The notes beneath the pieces were generated by a model. That model was not told where the DNA came from and made no database searches. It saw only the letters and a list, made by a program, of their open reading frames with translations. This document shows positions 49,296 to 59,259 of a stretch of DNA of 64,000 bases, one piece after another. The translations under genes were made by a program, and so were the position numbers. The DNA lies in the NCBI GenBank assembly GCA_045125935.1, contig JBGVNW010000014.1, positions 15,649 through 79,648 of the forward strand. The letters are read 5' to 3'. The stretch comes from Bacilli bacterium. GTDB lineage: Bacteria > Bacillota_I > Bacilli_A > RF39 > UBA660. Within the stretch, counting starts at the first letter, position 1. Every line of letters starts with the position of its first letter.

Positions 49296-50181
49296 AATGT
49301 TAGGACGTAGTATACGTGACGCCTTTAAAAGTGTAATTAGAAATTTTAGTTTATCATTAGCATCAATTTCCTGTATTACAATAACATTAATAATTGTTGC
49401 GATTGCCATTATGGCTTCCTTGAATGTTACAAATTTCACTGACTTAATTGAAAAAGACATGACAATTGTTGTGTTTGTAGATAATGAAGCAACAGATGCA
49501 GATTTGAAATTAATAGAAACAGAAATAGAAGATTTATCTAATATTCAAAAAATAGAATTCATATCCAAAGAGGAAGTCGGAGAACAAATAAAACAAGAAT
49601 CCGAAGTATTTGAAGTGGTACTTGAAGAATTTGAAGAGGGAAATAGCCCGTTAAAAGATACATATCAAGTAAAGGTAAAAGATATTGAAAAAATTAAAGA
49701 AACAGCAGATGCAATAAAAGAAATAGAAATGGTTTCTGTTGTAAGATATGGCGAAGGCATGGTAGAAAAATTAGTATCTGCTTTTGATTCAATTAAGAAG
49801 GTTACTTATGGAATAGTAATTGCATTAGTAGTAGTAACAGTATTCTTAATTGTAAATACTATTAAGTTGACAATATCTGCAAGAAAAAGAGAAATAAGTA
49901 TTATGCGTTTAGTTGGAGCAAGCAACTTTACCATTAAAACACCATTTATTATAGAAGGAATGATTCTTGGACTACTTGGTTCTATAGTTCCAGTAGTATT
50001 TACAACTTATGGATACTTAGCATTTTATAGACATTTTGATGGATATTTATATTCACAATTAATTCAATTAATTAAACCAGAACCATTTATTTATACAACG
50101 TCATTAATAATAGTTGTAATTGGTATTATAGTTGGCATGATTGGTAGTGCTAGTGCCGTTAAGAAGTACTTAAAAATATAA
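49282..50181 (+). CDS. ftsX: Cell division permease FtsX
   Basis: NTIKL.I.ARKREI.IMRLVGA, PF..EG; follows ftsE. Confidence 0.95.
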   Translation: MKPFRMLGRSIRDAFKSVIRNFSLSLASISCITITLIIVAIAIMASLNVTNFTDLIEKDMTIVVFVDNEATDADLKLIETEIEDLSNIQKIEFISKEEVGEQIKQESEVFEVVLEEFEEGNSPLKDTYQVKVKDIEKIKETADAIKEIEMVSVVRYGEGMVEKLVSAFDSIKKVTYGIVIALVVVTVFLIVNTIKLTISARKREISIMRLVGASNFTIKTPFIIEGMILGLLGSIVPVVFTTYGYLAFYRHFDGYLYSQLIQLIKPEPFIYTTSLIIVVIGIIVGMIGSASAVKKYLKI

Positions 50182-51395
50182 TGAAAACGAAAAAAATAAT
50201 TTGCTCAATAATTATAGTTTCAATATTTGTATCATTCTTTACACTACCTTTAAATACAAAAGCTAAAACTATAAAAGAATTTGAAGCTGAAGTGGAAAAG
50301 TACACAAAAGAACTTGAAGAGATGAAAAATAAAGTTGTAACAAATGAAGCAGAGGTTGCTGCGATAAAAAAGAAAATAGCTGCAATTGAAGTTCAGATTG
50401 AAACAGCGAAAAAAGAGATTGAAAATCTCCAAGAGGAAATAGATCAAAGTAACTTAGAAATAGAACAAAAAAGTGAAGAGAGTAGAAGAATCCTTGAATA
50501 CTATCAAATATCAAATGGAGACAATGCTTATTTAGAGTATGCCTTTGGTGCAACTAGTATTACAGATATGATATATCGTTTATCTGTAATTGAACAATTA
50601 ACAGATTATAATGATAAGATTATGAAAGAATTAGAGGCACTAATTGAAAAAAATCAAAAACAACAAGAAGAATTATCACAAAAACAAGAAAAGCTAGAAA
50701 GAATGCAAGAAAGTTTATATGATGAACAGGTAAAAATAAACGCTGATATCGTAGCTTTAAAAGCTGGTATGCCAGGAGTTGAAGAACAGATAAAAGCTGC
50801 AAAAAATCAATTAGAATATTATAAGGATTTAGGTTGTGGAGATACAGAAGATATCCAAAAGTGCCAATATCGTATAGAACAAACTAAACAAGATGCCTCA
50901 TCCTCAATTCCAAGTGCCAATGGTTTCTATAGACCTATAGAATATGGTTATGTTACTCAATGGTATACAGGTTGTAAAAGTTGGAATTCAAGTCGACGCG
51001 TTTGTGAAGGTCATATTGGAATAGATATATCAAGCTCCAATAAAAGTATTGATGTTTATCCAATTGCTCCCGGTTACGTTGTAGGAACATACTATGATAG
51101 TGCTGGAGCATTAGTCGTAAGAATTAAGCATAAATATAATGGAAGGTACATATATTCAACATATGCTCATCTAAGAAATTTTGCAGTAAAAGAAGAGCAA
51201 TACGTTTCTGCATATACTGCAATAGGACAAATGGGTTCAACAGGTAATTCAACAGGTCCACATGTTCACTTAGAAATAACAAACTGTGACTGGTATTCAG
51301 CTGGTGGTGGTTGTGTTTGGGAATCGTACGCAAGGTATAATACAATAAATCCAACCCAATATGTAAGTTTCCCTTCAAAATGGAGTAACAGATAA
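50181..51395 (+). CDS. Coiled-coil plus M23 peptidoglycan hydrolase (CwlO/EnvC-like FtsEX partner)
   Basis: Signal peptide, long coiled coil, HIGID, YAHL, GPHVH. Confidence 0.85.
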   Translation: MKTKKIICSIIIVSIFVSFFTLPLNTKAKTIKEFEAEVEKYTKELEEMKNKVVTNEAEVAAIKKKIAAIEVQIETAKKEIENLQEEIDQSNLEIEQKSEESRRILEYYQISNGDNAYLEYAFGATSITDMIYRLSVIEQLTDYNDKIMKELEALIEKNQKQQEELSQKQEKLERMQESLYDEQVKINADIVALKAGMPGVEEQIKAAKNQLEYYKDLGCGDTEDIQKCQYRIEQTKQDASSSIPSANGFYRPIEYGYVTQWYTGCKSWNSSRRVCEGHIGIDISSSNKSIDVYPIAPGYVVGTYYDSAGALVVRIKHKYNGRYIYSTYAHLRNFAVKEEQYVSAYTAIGQMGSTGNSTGPHVHLEITNCDWYSAGGGCVWESYARYNTINPTQYVSFPSKWSNR

Positions 51396-51434
51396 AAATA
51401 ACAGGCAAGTGATAAAACTTGTCTGTTATTTTTT
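51395..51434. terminator. Bidirectional terminator
   Basis: AAAATAACAGGCAAGT ... ACTTGTCTGTTATTTT between convergent genes. Confidence 0.75.
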
Positions 51435-52298
51435 TTCTTTAGATAATTCTAAGTCATCATTATATTTAGCATCAACAATTCCTCGTAACTTACTTAATAT
51501 GTGTTTATCATCTCTTCCTACAATATCTTTAGGCGTATCTAAATTAAGACCTTTTGTGCTACCAGTAGGTTTTTTAACATTATTAATAATTGCCTCCCAG
51601 TAATCTAATCCACTATTAGAAGTAGAGGAAATATTTCCGATATCTTTAACATCAAAATATTCTTCTTTAGGTGTAGTATATAAAACAAAGGCATCAAAAT
51701 AAGTTTTTAAACTTTCCTCCGTAACCCCAAAATATCCAAAATGTATTAAGTCTGTTGCAAATTGTCTACCGATATCAGTTAAATTAAGAAAATAACCAGG
51801 ATGTGGCGTAGACATAGCAACAGCCCATCTAGGTTCTTCATAATATCTTTCAAATCTATTTTCCTCGGTTATACAAAATTGTCTAAACGTTGGATCTAAT
51901 AAAAATAATCTATTAGTAATCTTTTCATCATTCATAGTAGGTATTTGTACACAGGTAACAGAGTGAATTCTATTTGTTCCGATAACATCGCCAATATTAA
52001 AAGAAATATTTTCAAGTTTTAATTTATTAAGAATATTATCCAAAAAAACTTGTGCTCTTGAGCATCTTCCAACAAAAGAAGAATAAAGTGGTGATTCGAC
52101 ACCTGTACAAATATTAATTCTCGTACGATATATGAGCCAATTTAGCAAATCAGTAACGCAACTATCAAGGACATATCCATTATGCTCATAAAAATCTTCT
52201 ATCGCGGCAATGTCTCTAACATCAATATCTGCATTATAAGGTTCAGCTTCGAATAAAAAATCCTCAAGTTTTCCACTATTATTACTACTGTACAGCAT
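51426..52298 (-). CDS. Hypothetical protein, possible papain/transglutaminase-like fold
   Basis: GRC, HSV and LLDPTFRQF in Cys-His-Asp order; AGGAGG SD. Confidence 0.6.
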   Translation of the reverse strand: MLYSSNNSGKLEDFLFEAEPYNADIDVRDIAAIEDFYEHNGYVLDSCVTDLLNWLIYRTRINICTGVESPLYSSFVGRCSRAQVFLDNILNKLKLENISFNIGDVIGTNRIHSVTCVQIPTMNDEKITNRLFLLDPTFRQFCITEENRFERYYEEPRWAVAMSTPHPGYFLNLTDIGRQFATDLIHFGYFGVTEESLKTYFDAFVLYTTPKEEYFDVKDIGNISSTSNSGLDYWEAIINNVKKPTGSTKGLNLDTPKDIVGRDDKHILSKLRGIVDAKYNDDLELSKEKK

Positions 52299-52370
52299 AA
52301 CTACGCCTCCTACTATAATTAATTATATCATACCATAATAAACAACAAAAGCACTATCAACAAAAAAAGG

Positions 52371-52399
52371 TTGACAGAATATAAAAGGAGTGTTAAACT
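52371..52399 (+). promoter_or_regulatory. SigA promoter for the leader peptide and ABC exporter
   Basis: TTGACA-17 bp-TAAACT with TG extension. Confidence 0.7.
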
Positions 52400-52428
52400 A
52401 AACTTGAATTTAAAGAGGAGTGGGAAAA

Positions 52429-52515
52429 ATGAAGATTTTAAATTTAAACACAAATAATAAACTTATAGTAGAAAAAGAATGGGGTAGGAAAATCGTAATT
52501 TTTCCTGCTATGTAA
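52429..52515 (+). CDS. Putative 28-aa leader peptide MKILNLNTNNKLIVEKEWGRKIVIFPAM (not in ORF track)
   Basis: GAGGAG SD at 52415; lies between the promoter and an attenuator hairpin. Confidence 0.6.
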   Translation: MKILNLNTNNKLIVEKEWGRKIVIFPAM

Positions 52516-52532
52516 TCAATTTACTTTACAAT

Positions 52533-52565
52533 AACCTACTATAAGAAATAGTAGGTTTTAATTTT
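52533..52565 (+). terminator. Attenuator-type terminator upstream of the ABC exporter
   Basis: AACCTACTAT-AAGAA-ATAGTAGGTT followed by TTAATTTT, just before the SD. Confidence 0.7.
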
Positions 52566-52576
52566 AAGGAGGATAT

Positions 52577-54307
52577 ATGAAAAATTTAAAAGAATTTATA
52601 CCTCTATGGAAATTAATTAAGGAAGAAAAAGTAAGATTAATTCTTGCAAGTATCTTAATACTTTTATCTGGTCTTGCTGAAATAGCAACAGGTTATTTAA
52701 ATGGAGCGGCTGTAGAAGCAATTACTAATATGGCACTAAAACAAGCAATTATTTATCTATTAATTTATTTAGTAATAGAATTACTGATGCATGCGCTTGC
52801 ATCTAATGTTGCAAATAGTATGTTAGAACAAGTAGAAAGTAAATTAACTAGAAAACTTGGTTATTTTACTTATCAAAAAGCTCTAGACTTACCAGCATAT
52901 GCCTATGAAGAAAAAACATCAGGAGAGGTAATTAATAGAATAACGAATGATGCAGATTCATTGAGCTTTTCATTCGGACATTTATTGAATGTCATCTCAT
53001 CATTAATAGCATCATTTGTAGTAATAATATATATTTTTATAAATTCTTGGATTATAGGAATAGAAATCTTAATATTTTTAGGAGTCTTATTTTTGTTCAT
53101 AAGAAAATATAATCCTATGATGGAAAAAGCTCATAAAGAAAGAAAAGAACAGCAAGATACTTTTACTTCATTAGTTACAGAATCTATTAGAGGTATAAGA
53201 GAAATTAAAACATTAGGAATAAAAAGAAGTTTATTAAAAGATATGACTGAAATAACAAAAAATATTTACAGTAGATCAAAAAATGAAATAGATATAAGAA
53301 AGAAATTCAATTTTATAACAAGAGTCTTAAAAGGATTCTTAGAGGTTGGCGTTTTTATAACATGTATAATCTTATTGTACTATAATGAAATAACATTAAC
53401 TTTCTTTATCGCAATGACATATTACGTTTATAGATATATGTGGTTAATTGAAAATATCAATAGCCTAACACAAACATATCAAAAACTAGTAGTATCGTTA
53501 AGCAGAGTTAATGAAATATTAGAAAATAGATTATATAAAGATGAATATTTTGGACAGAAGAATATAATTGATTCAAAAGGTGTTCTTGAATTTAAAAATG
53601 TAACATTTGCTTATCCAAATGAAACAAAAACTCTAAATAATTTTAATTTAACAATAGAACCTAATAAAAAGATTGCTATTGTAGGAAAATCTGGTCAAGG
53701 AAAATCAACTTTGTTTAATTTAATTACTCGGATATTTGATCCTCAAGAAGGAAAAATTTTATTAGACGGAGTAGATATAAAAGAATTATCAGAAGAAGAA
53801 TTACGTAAAAATATTTCAATAATTCGTCAAGAACCTTTTATATTTAATAGAACAATTAAAGAAAATTTTAAGTTAATTGATTCTAAAATACCATTAGTTA
53901 CTATAAGAAAATATACTAAATTAGCATACCTAGATGATTATATTATGTCATTACCTAAAAAATATGACACCGTTCTAGGAGAAAGTGGGGTAAATTTATC
54001 TGGTGGACAAAAACAAAGACTATCAATCGCAAGAACTTTAGTAAAACAAAGCAAAATAATTTTATTTGATGAAGCTACTTCAGCATTAGATAATGAATCG
54101 CAAAAATTTATTAAAAAAGCTATTGATAATTTAGTAAAATCCCACACAGTTGTCATTGTAGCTCATAGATTATCAACAATAATGGATGCTGATATAATTC
54201 ATGTTGTGGATAAGGGTCAAATAATTGCATCTGGAACTCACGATGAACTGATGAAAACAAATAGCATATACAAAAAATTATATGAAACAGAATCTTTAAA
54301 TTCATAA
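52577..54307 (+). CDS. ABC exporter (fused TMD-NBD, MsbA/Sav1866-like)
   Basis: 6 TM, GKSGQGKST, LSGGQKQR, FDEATS, AHR. Confidence 0.93.
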   Translation: MKNLKEFIPLWKLIKEEKVRLILASILILLSGLAEIATGYLNGAAVEAITNMALKQAIIYLLIYLVIELLMHALASNVANSMLEQVESKLTRKLGYFTYQKALDLPAYAYEEKTSGEVINRITNDADSLSFSFGHLLNVISSLIASFVVIIYIFINSWIIGIEILIFLGVLFLFIRKYNPMMEKAHKERKEQQDTFTSLVTESIRGIREIKTLGIKRSLLKDMTEITKNIYSRSKNEIDIRKKFNFITRVLKGFLEVGVFITCIILLYYNEITLTFFIAMTYYVYRYMWLIENINSLTQTYQKLVVSLSRVNEILENRLYKDEYFGQKNIIDSKGVLEFKNVTFAYPNETKTLNNFNLTIEPNKKIAIVGKSGQGKSTLFNLITRIFDPQEGKILLDGVDIKELSEEELRKNISIIRQEPFIFNRTIKENFKLIDSKIPLVTIRKYTKLAYLDDYIMSLPKKYDTVLGESGVNLSGGQKQRLSIARTLVKQSKIILFDEATSALDNESQKFIKKAIDNLVKSHTVVIVAHRLSTIMDADIIHVVDKGQIIASGTHDELMKTNSIYKKLYETESLNS

Positions 54308-54448
54308 TAGGCGAAAGCCTATTTTTTCGTAAAAGGAGAAAAAATGAATTAATAAACCACAAAACAAAATATAACGTCTATAAAAACATAAAAGCTCTTT
54401 TTATGTGTTAAAAAATGTGATATTATAAAACAAAGGTAGGGATTATAA

Positions 54449-54691
54449 ATGGCATTTAATTTTTTTAGAAAAAAAGAAACTACTCCTGTAGTAGCAAAAA
54501 CATCTCCAGATGAAGAATCATTTACTGCTGAACAACTTGATAAAGTAGATGGAGGCTATCAAAAAACACAAGATGATATAAATAAGATACTTGCTGAATC
54601 AGAATATATTAATGAGTATCAGAAAAATGAATTAAATGATATGTTAAGTGATGACAAAGAAGTATCAGAGCCAAAAAGTTATCAAAAATGA
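54449..54691 (+). CDS. Small acidic protein with double-glycine leader-like motif
   Basis: FTAEQLDKVDGG; own terminator at 54674-54702. Confidence 0.6.
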   Translation: MAFNFFRKKETTPVVAKTSPDEESFTAEQLDKVDGGYQKTQDDINKILAESEYINEYQKNELNDMLSDDKEVSEPKSYQK

Positions 54692-54709
54692 TAACTTTTT
54701 TTCATATTT

Positions 54710-54754
54710 AAAAATTGTTAGGCAATTGACAATTTTTGAAAAAAGTAGTAACAT
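54710..54754 (+). promoter_or_regulatory. Promoter with palindromic (MarR-type) operator
   Basis: AAAAATTGTTA-GGCAAT-TGACAATTTTT overlapping TTGACA (54726), with TAACAT 17 bp downstream. Confidence 0.6.
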
Positions 54755-54766
54755 ATAATAGGCGTA

Positions 54767-55255
54767 ATGAAAAGAAAAAGTGAGAATATTCATATGAAAA
54801 AAGGTATTTATTGTCAAATTAAGGATTTAGAAATTCTTGTAGTAAGATTACTATTTAATACTGTTAAGAATAATAAATTAAGACCACCAACAATGACTCA
54901 AGCTAGAATAATGGACTATCTTCTTGAAAATAAAAATAAAGAGATATACCAACATGAACTTGAGAAGGAACTTAATTTGCGAAGAGCAACTGTTTCGGAA
55001 GTTTTAACAACAATGGAGAAAAAAGGTATTATTGCAAGAGACAAAAATCCTTATGATGCTCGTTCTAAAAAAATAATATTATTGGAACCTGATAGCAATA
55101 AACATAAAGAAATGAAAGATAATATTAAAAAATTAGAAGGAATACTTACGGAAAATATCTCCAAAGAAGAATTAGAAATATTTTCATTAACGTTAAAAAA
55201 GATGCAAGAGAATTTAAAAAACAAATATAATAAACAAGGAGGTCAAAATGTTTAA
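54767..55255 (+). CDS. MarR family regulator
   Basis: TQ..I..YL, Q.ELE..L....ATVS..L..MEKKG.I.R....DAR.K. Confidence 0.9.
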   Translation: MKRKSENIHMKKGIYCQIKDLEILVVRLLFNTVKNNKLRPPTMTQARIMDYLLENKNKEIYQHELEKELNLRRATVSEVLTTMEKKGIIARDKNPYDARSKKIILLEPDSNKHKEMKDNIKKLEGILTENISKEELEIFSLTLKKMQENLKNKYNKQGGQNV

Positions 55256-57008
55256 GTTATTTAAAAATTTAACAAAAAAAGAAATCATATATGCCTTAAT
55301 TTGTATAGTTCTAGTATCATTTCATGTATGGCTAGAATTAAAAGTGCCAGATTATATGAGTAAGATAACCCAATTAGTACAAACTGAAGGCAGCAAAATG
55401 GCAGATATTCTACAACAAGGAAGCTATATGATTATCTGTGCTCTAGTAAGCTTAATTTGCTCTATTGTTGTTGGATATTTTGCAGCTAGAGTAGCATCAA
55501 GTTTCTCAGCTACTTTAAGAAAAAAAATATTTGAAAAAGTTCAAAATATGGGGATTGCTGAGATTAAAAAGTTCTCAACAAGTAGTTTAATAACAAGAAC
55601 AACTAATGACGTTACACAAGTTGAAATGTTAATCGGTATGGGATTACAAGCTATGGTTAAGGCTCCAATTATGGCGGTTTGCGCAGTACTTAAAATCTTA
55701 AATAAAGGTTTCGAGTGGTCAATATTAACTGCTTGTTGTGTAGCGGTTCTATTATTTGCAGTAGCAACATTAATGATCATTGTTTTACCTAGATTTGAAA
55801 AGGTACAAAAATTAATTGATAAGATCAATGGCGTAACACGTGAAAATCTATCAGGAATTCGTGTTATTAGAGCTTTTAATGCTGAAAAATATCAATCAAA
55901 TAAATTTAAAAATGTAAATGACGAGTTAACAGAAATGCAATTATTTAATCAAAGATGCTTTGCTATAATGAACCCTGTAATGAATTTAGTAATGCATGGA
56001 TTAACTCTTGGAATCTACATAATTGGTTCTAATCTAATTCAAAACGCAGGTATGCTAGATAAAATAACTTTATTTAGTAATATGGTAGTTTTCTCAAGTT
56101 ATGGAATGCAAGTAATTATGTCTTTCCTAATGTTAGCAATGATTTTCATGATGGTACCACGTGCGCAAATTTCAGCAAGACGTATTAATGAAGTCTTAGA
56201 TGCTGAAATTAGTGTTGAAGATGGAGATTATATTGGAACACCTAAAGAAACAGGAACTGTTGAATTTAAAAACGTTTCATTCAAATATCCAGATGCTGAT
56301 GAATATGTTCTAAAAAACATTTCATTTAAAGTTAATAAAGGTGAAACAATTGCCTTTATTGGTTCAACAGGTAGCGGTAAATCAACATTAATAAATTTAG
56401 TGCCAAGATTTTATGATGCCAGTGAAGGGGAAGTTCTGGTAGATGGCGTTAATGTAAAAGAATATAAACAAGAAAATCTATTTAATAAACTTGGTTATGT
56501 ACCACAAAAAGCAGTTATGTTTACAGGAACAGTATCTACAAACGTTGCTTATGGTGATAATGGCCAAGGTGATATTACACAAGAAAAAATACAAGAGGCT
56601 ATCAAAGTAGCTCAAGGTCAAGAATTTGTAGAAAAAATGGAAAATAGTTATGATGCACACATAGCTCGCGGTGGTACAAACGTATCAGGAGGACAAAAGC
56701 AAAGATTAGCAATAGCTCGTGCAATAGCTCGTAACCCAGAAATCTATATTTTTGATGATTCGTTTTCAGCCCTTGATTATAAAACAGATGCCACTCTTAG
56801 AAAAGCATTAAAAAATTATACTAAAGACGCAACAAGTATGATTGTTGCCCAAAGAATTGGAACAATTATTAACGCTGATAAAATTGTTGTCTTAGACGAA
56901 GGTGAATGTGTCGGAATTGGTACACACAAAGAATTATTAGAGACTTGCGATGTCTATAAAGAAATTGCTTTATCACAATTATCAAAGGAGGAATTAGAAA
57001 ATGCCTAG
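55248..57008 (+). CDS. Heterodimeric ABC exporter, degenerate-site subunit
   Basis: GSTGSGKS, SGGQKQR, Walker B FDDS, H-loop AQR. Confidence 0.92.
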   Translation: MFKLFKNLTKKEIIYALICIVLVSFHVWLELKVPDYMSKITQLVQTEGSKMADILQQGSYMIICALVSLICSIVVGYFAARVASSFSATLRKKIFEKVQNMGIAEIKKFSTSSLITRTTNDVTQVEMLIGMGLQAMVKAPIMAVCAVLKILNKGFEWSILTACCVAVLLFAVATLMIIVLPRFEKVQKLIDKINGVTRENLSGIRVIRAFNAEKYQSNKFKNVNDELTEMQLFNQRCFAIMNPVMNLVMHGLTLGIYIIGSNLIQNAGMLDKITLFSNMVVFSSYGMQVIMSFLMLAMIFMMVPRAQISARRINEVLDAEISVEDGDYIGTPKETGTVEFKNVSFKYPDADEYVLKNISFKVNKGETIAFIGSTGSGKSTLINLVPRFYDASEGEVLVDGVNVKEYKQENLFNKLGYVPQKAVMFTGTVSTNVAYGDNGQGDITQEKIQEAIKVAQGQEFVEKMENSYDAHIARGGTNVSGGQKQRLAIARAIARNPEIYIFDDSFSALDYKTDATLRKALKNYTKDATSMIVAQRIGTIINADKIVVLDEGECVGIGTHKELLETCDVYKEIALSQLSKEELENA

Positions 57009-59160
57009 ACCTGGTGGACCTAGAGTACAAGAAAAGTCCAAAGACTTTAAAGGCTCTATGATTAGATTATTAAAAAATTTAAAACCATGGAAAATTATAA
57101 TGATAATGGCATTAACTCTTGCTTTGATTAGTGCTATATTGTCATTAATTGCCCCTAATAAATTATCAGATTTTGCAGATCTTATTTCTGAAGGACTAGT
57201 TCCAAACACTGAAAAATTACAAGAAATTGGTGAAAAAGTAGGAGAAAATCTAGCAACAACAGACATTCAAAGTAAGGTACCTAAATTATTTAATGATATT
57301 CCATTAACAGACGAGGAAACTAAACAAATAACTAAAACTATCACTAAAATGAGTGAAGCAAAGACATCCGATGAAGCGATGACCCTTATGCTATCACTAC
57401 CAGATAAGGCCCTTGTATATTTGATAAGTGATATAAAAATAGATGGAGTAACAATAACATCTGAAGATCAAGTTGAACTACTTAAACTTGCGACTTTAAT
57501 GGGAGATGAAACAGGGACAGAACATGCTCTTGGTCTAATTGATGAATTACCAGAATCAATTTATGAAATGATAAAACCACAAATTGATATGGATGCTATT
57601 AAATCATTGGCAATCTTCATGGCAATTCTTTATATTTTAAGTGCTTTATTTAACTACATCCAATCTTATTCATTAACAACAGTATCTAATAGATTTGCTA
57701 ATACATTAAGAGATAAAATTAGTAAGAAAATTAATAGACTTCCATTAAAATATTTTGATACACACGAAACAGGAGATGTTTTATCAAGAGTAACAAATGA
57801 TGTCGATACAGTAGCTCAAAATTTAAATAACAGTTTGGCAACATTAGTAACAAGCATAACTTTATTCTTAGGTTCAATACTTATGATGTTTATTACTAAC
57901 TGGATAATGGCTTTAACAGCTATTCTTTCAACAATTGTTGGATTTGTTTTGATGTTTACTATCCTAAGCAAATCTCAAAAATACTTCAATCAACGACAAA
58001 TTGAACTTGGTAATATGAACGGATATATTGAAGAAATGTATTCAGGACATAATGTTGTAAAGGCCTATAACGGAACAAGTAAGGCATTTGAAGAGTTTGA
58101 GGAATTAAATAATAAACTATATAATGCAAATCGTAAAAGCCAATTTTTATCAGGAACAATGCATCCAATTATGGGATTTGTAGGCAACTTTGGTTATGTT
58201 ATGGTATGTATTGTTGGTGCCCTACTTACAATGAATGATGTTATTTCATTTGGTGTTATTGTAGCCTTCATGATTTATATTAGATTATTTACAAATCCAC
58301 TTTCTCAAATTGCTCAAGCTATGAGTAGTTTGCAATCAACAGCCGCTGCGTCTGAAAGAGTATTTGAATTCTTAGACGAAAGAGAAATGTCTGATCAAAA
58401 AGAAATTACAAAGAGTTTAAAACGTTCTAAAGTTAAAGGTTCAATTGAATTTAAAAATGTTAAATTTGGTTATGATCCTGGAAGAACAATAATTAAAGAT
58501 TTTAGTGTTAAAGTAAAACCAGGTCAAAAAATCGCCATTGTTGGACCAACTGGAGCTGGTAAAACTACAATGGTAAATCTTCTTATGAAATTCTATGAAA
58601 TAAACAATGGACAAATCATAATAGATGGTGTATCAACAAAAGAACTAAGTAGAGAAAACATTCATGACTTATTTATCATGGTTTTACAAGATACATGGTT
58701 ATTTGAAGGTACTATTTGTGATAATATCAAATTCAATAAAGAAGATGTTACTGATAGAGAAGTTTGGGAAGCCTTAAGAGTTGTTGGTGTAGACCACTTC
58801 GTAAAAACTCTTCCAGGAGGACTAGATTATGTACTTGGAGATAATGACACAGTAAGTCAAGGACAAAAACAATTACTTACCATAGCTCGTGGTATGATTG
58901 AAGACGCACCATTCTTAATTCTAGATGAAGCTACAAGTAATGTTGATACAAGAACAGAAGAATTAGTTCAAAAAGCAATGGACAAATTAACAGAAGGAAG
59001 AACTTCATTTATAATTGCCCATCGTTTATCAACAATTAAAAATGCAGATTTAATCTTAGTAATGAAAGATGGAAACATTATTGAACAAGGAAATCATGAA
59101 GAACTTATGACTAAAAATGGTTTCTATACAGATTTATATAACTCTCAATTCGAATTATAA
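57001..59160 (+). CDS. Heterodimeric ABC exporter, consensus-site subunit with extracellular insertion
   Basis: GPTGAGKT, SQGQKQL, LDEATS, AHR; long soluble insert after TM1. Confidence 0.92.
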   Translation: MPRPGGPRVQEKSKDFKGSMIRLLKNLKPWKIIMIMALTLALISAILSLIAPNKLSDFADLISEGLVPNTEKLQEIGEKVGENLATTDIQSKVPKLFNDIPLTDEETKQITKTITKMSEAKTSDEAMTLMLSLPDKALVYLISDIKIDGVTITSEDQVELLKLATLMGDETGTEHALGLIDELPESIYEMIKPQIDMDAIKSLAIFMAILYILSALFNYIQSYSLTTVSNRFANTLRDKISKKINRLPLKYFDTHETGDVLSRVTNDVDTVAQNLNNSLATLVTSITLFLGSILMMFITNWIMALTAILSTIVGFVLMFTILSKSQKYFNQRQIELGNMNGYIEEMYSGHNVVKAYNGTSKAFEEFEELNNKLYNANRKSQFLSGTMHPIMGFVGNFGYVMVCIVGALLTMNDVISFGVIVAFMIYIRLFTNPLSQIAQAMSSLQSTAAASERVFEFLDEREMSDQKEITKSLKRSKVKGSIEFKNVKFGYDPGRTIIKDFSVKVKPGQKIAIVGPTGAGKTTMVNLLMKFYEINNGQIIIDGVSTKELSRENIHDLFIMVLQDTWLFEGTICDNIKFNKEDVTDREVWEALRVVGVDHFVKTLPGGLDYVLGDNDTVSQGQKQLLTIARGMIEDAPFLILDEATSNVDTRTEELVQKAMDKLTEGRTSFIIAHRLSTIKNADLILVMKDGNIIEQGNHEELMTKNGFYTDLYNSQFEL

Positions 59161-59259
59161 ACTTAGCTATTTTAGCTAAGTTTTCTTTTGTTGTTTTTAT
59201 TACAAAAATGTTTTATAATTACATTAATAATAGGGCGGCTAGCGAAAGGGAGTATAAAT

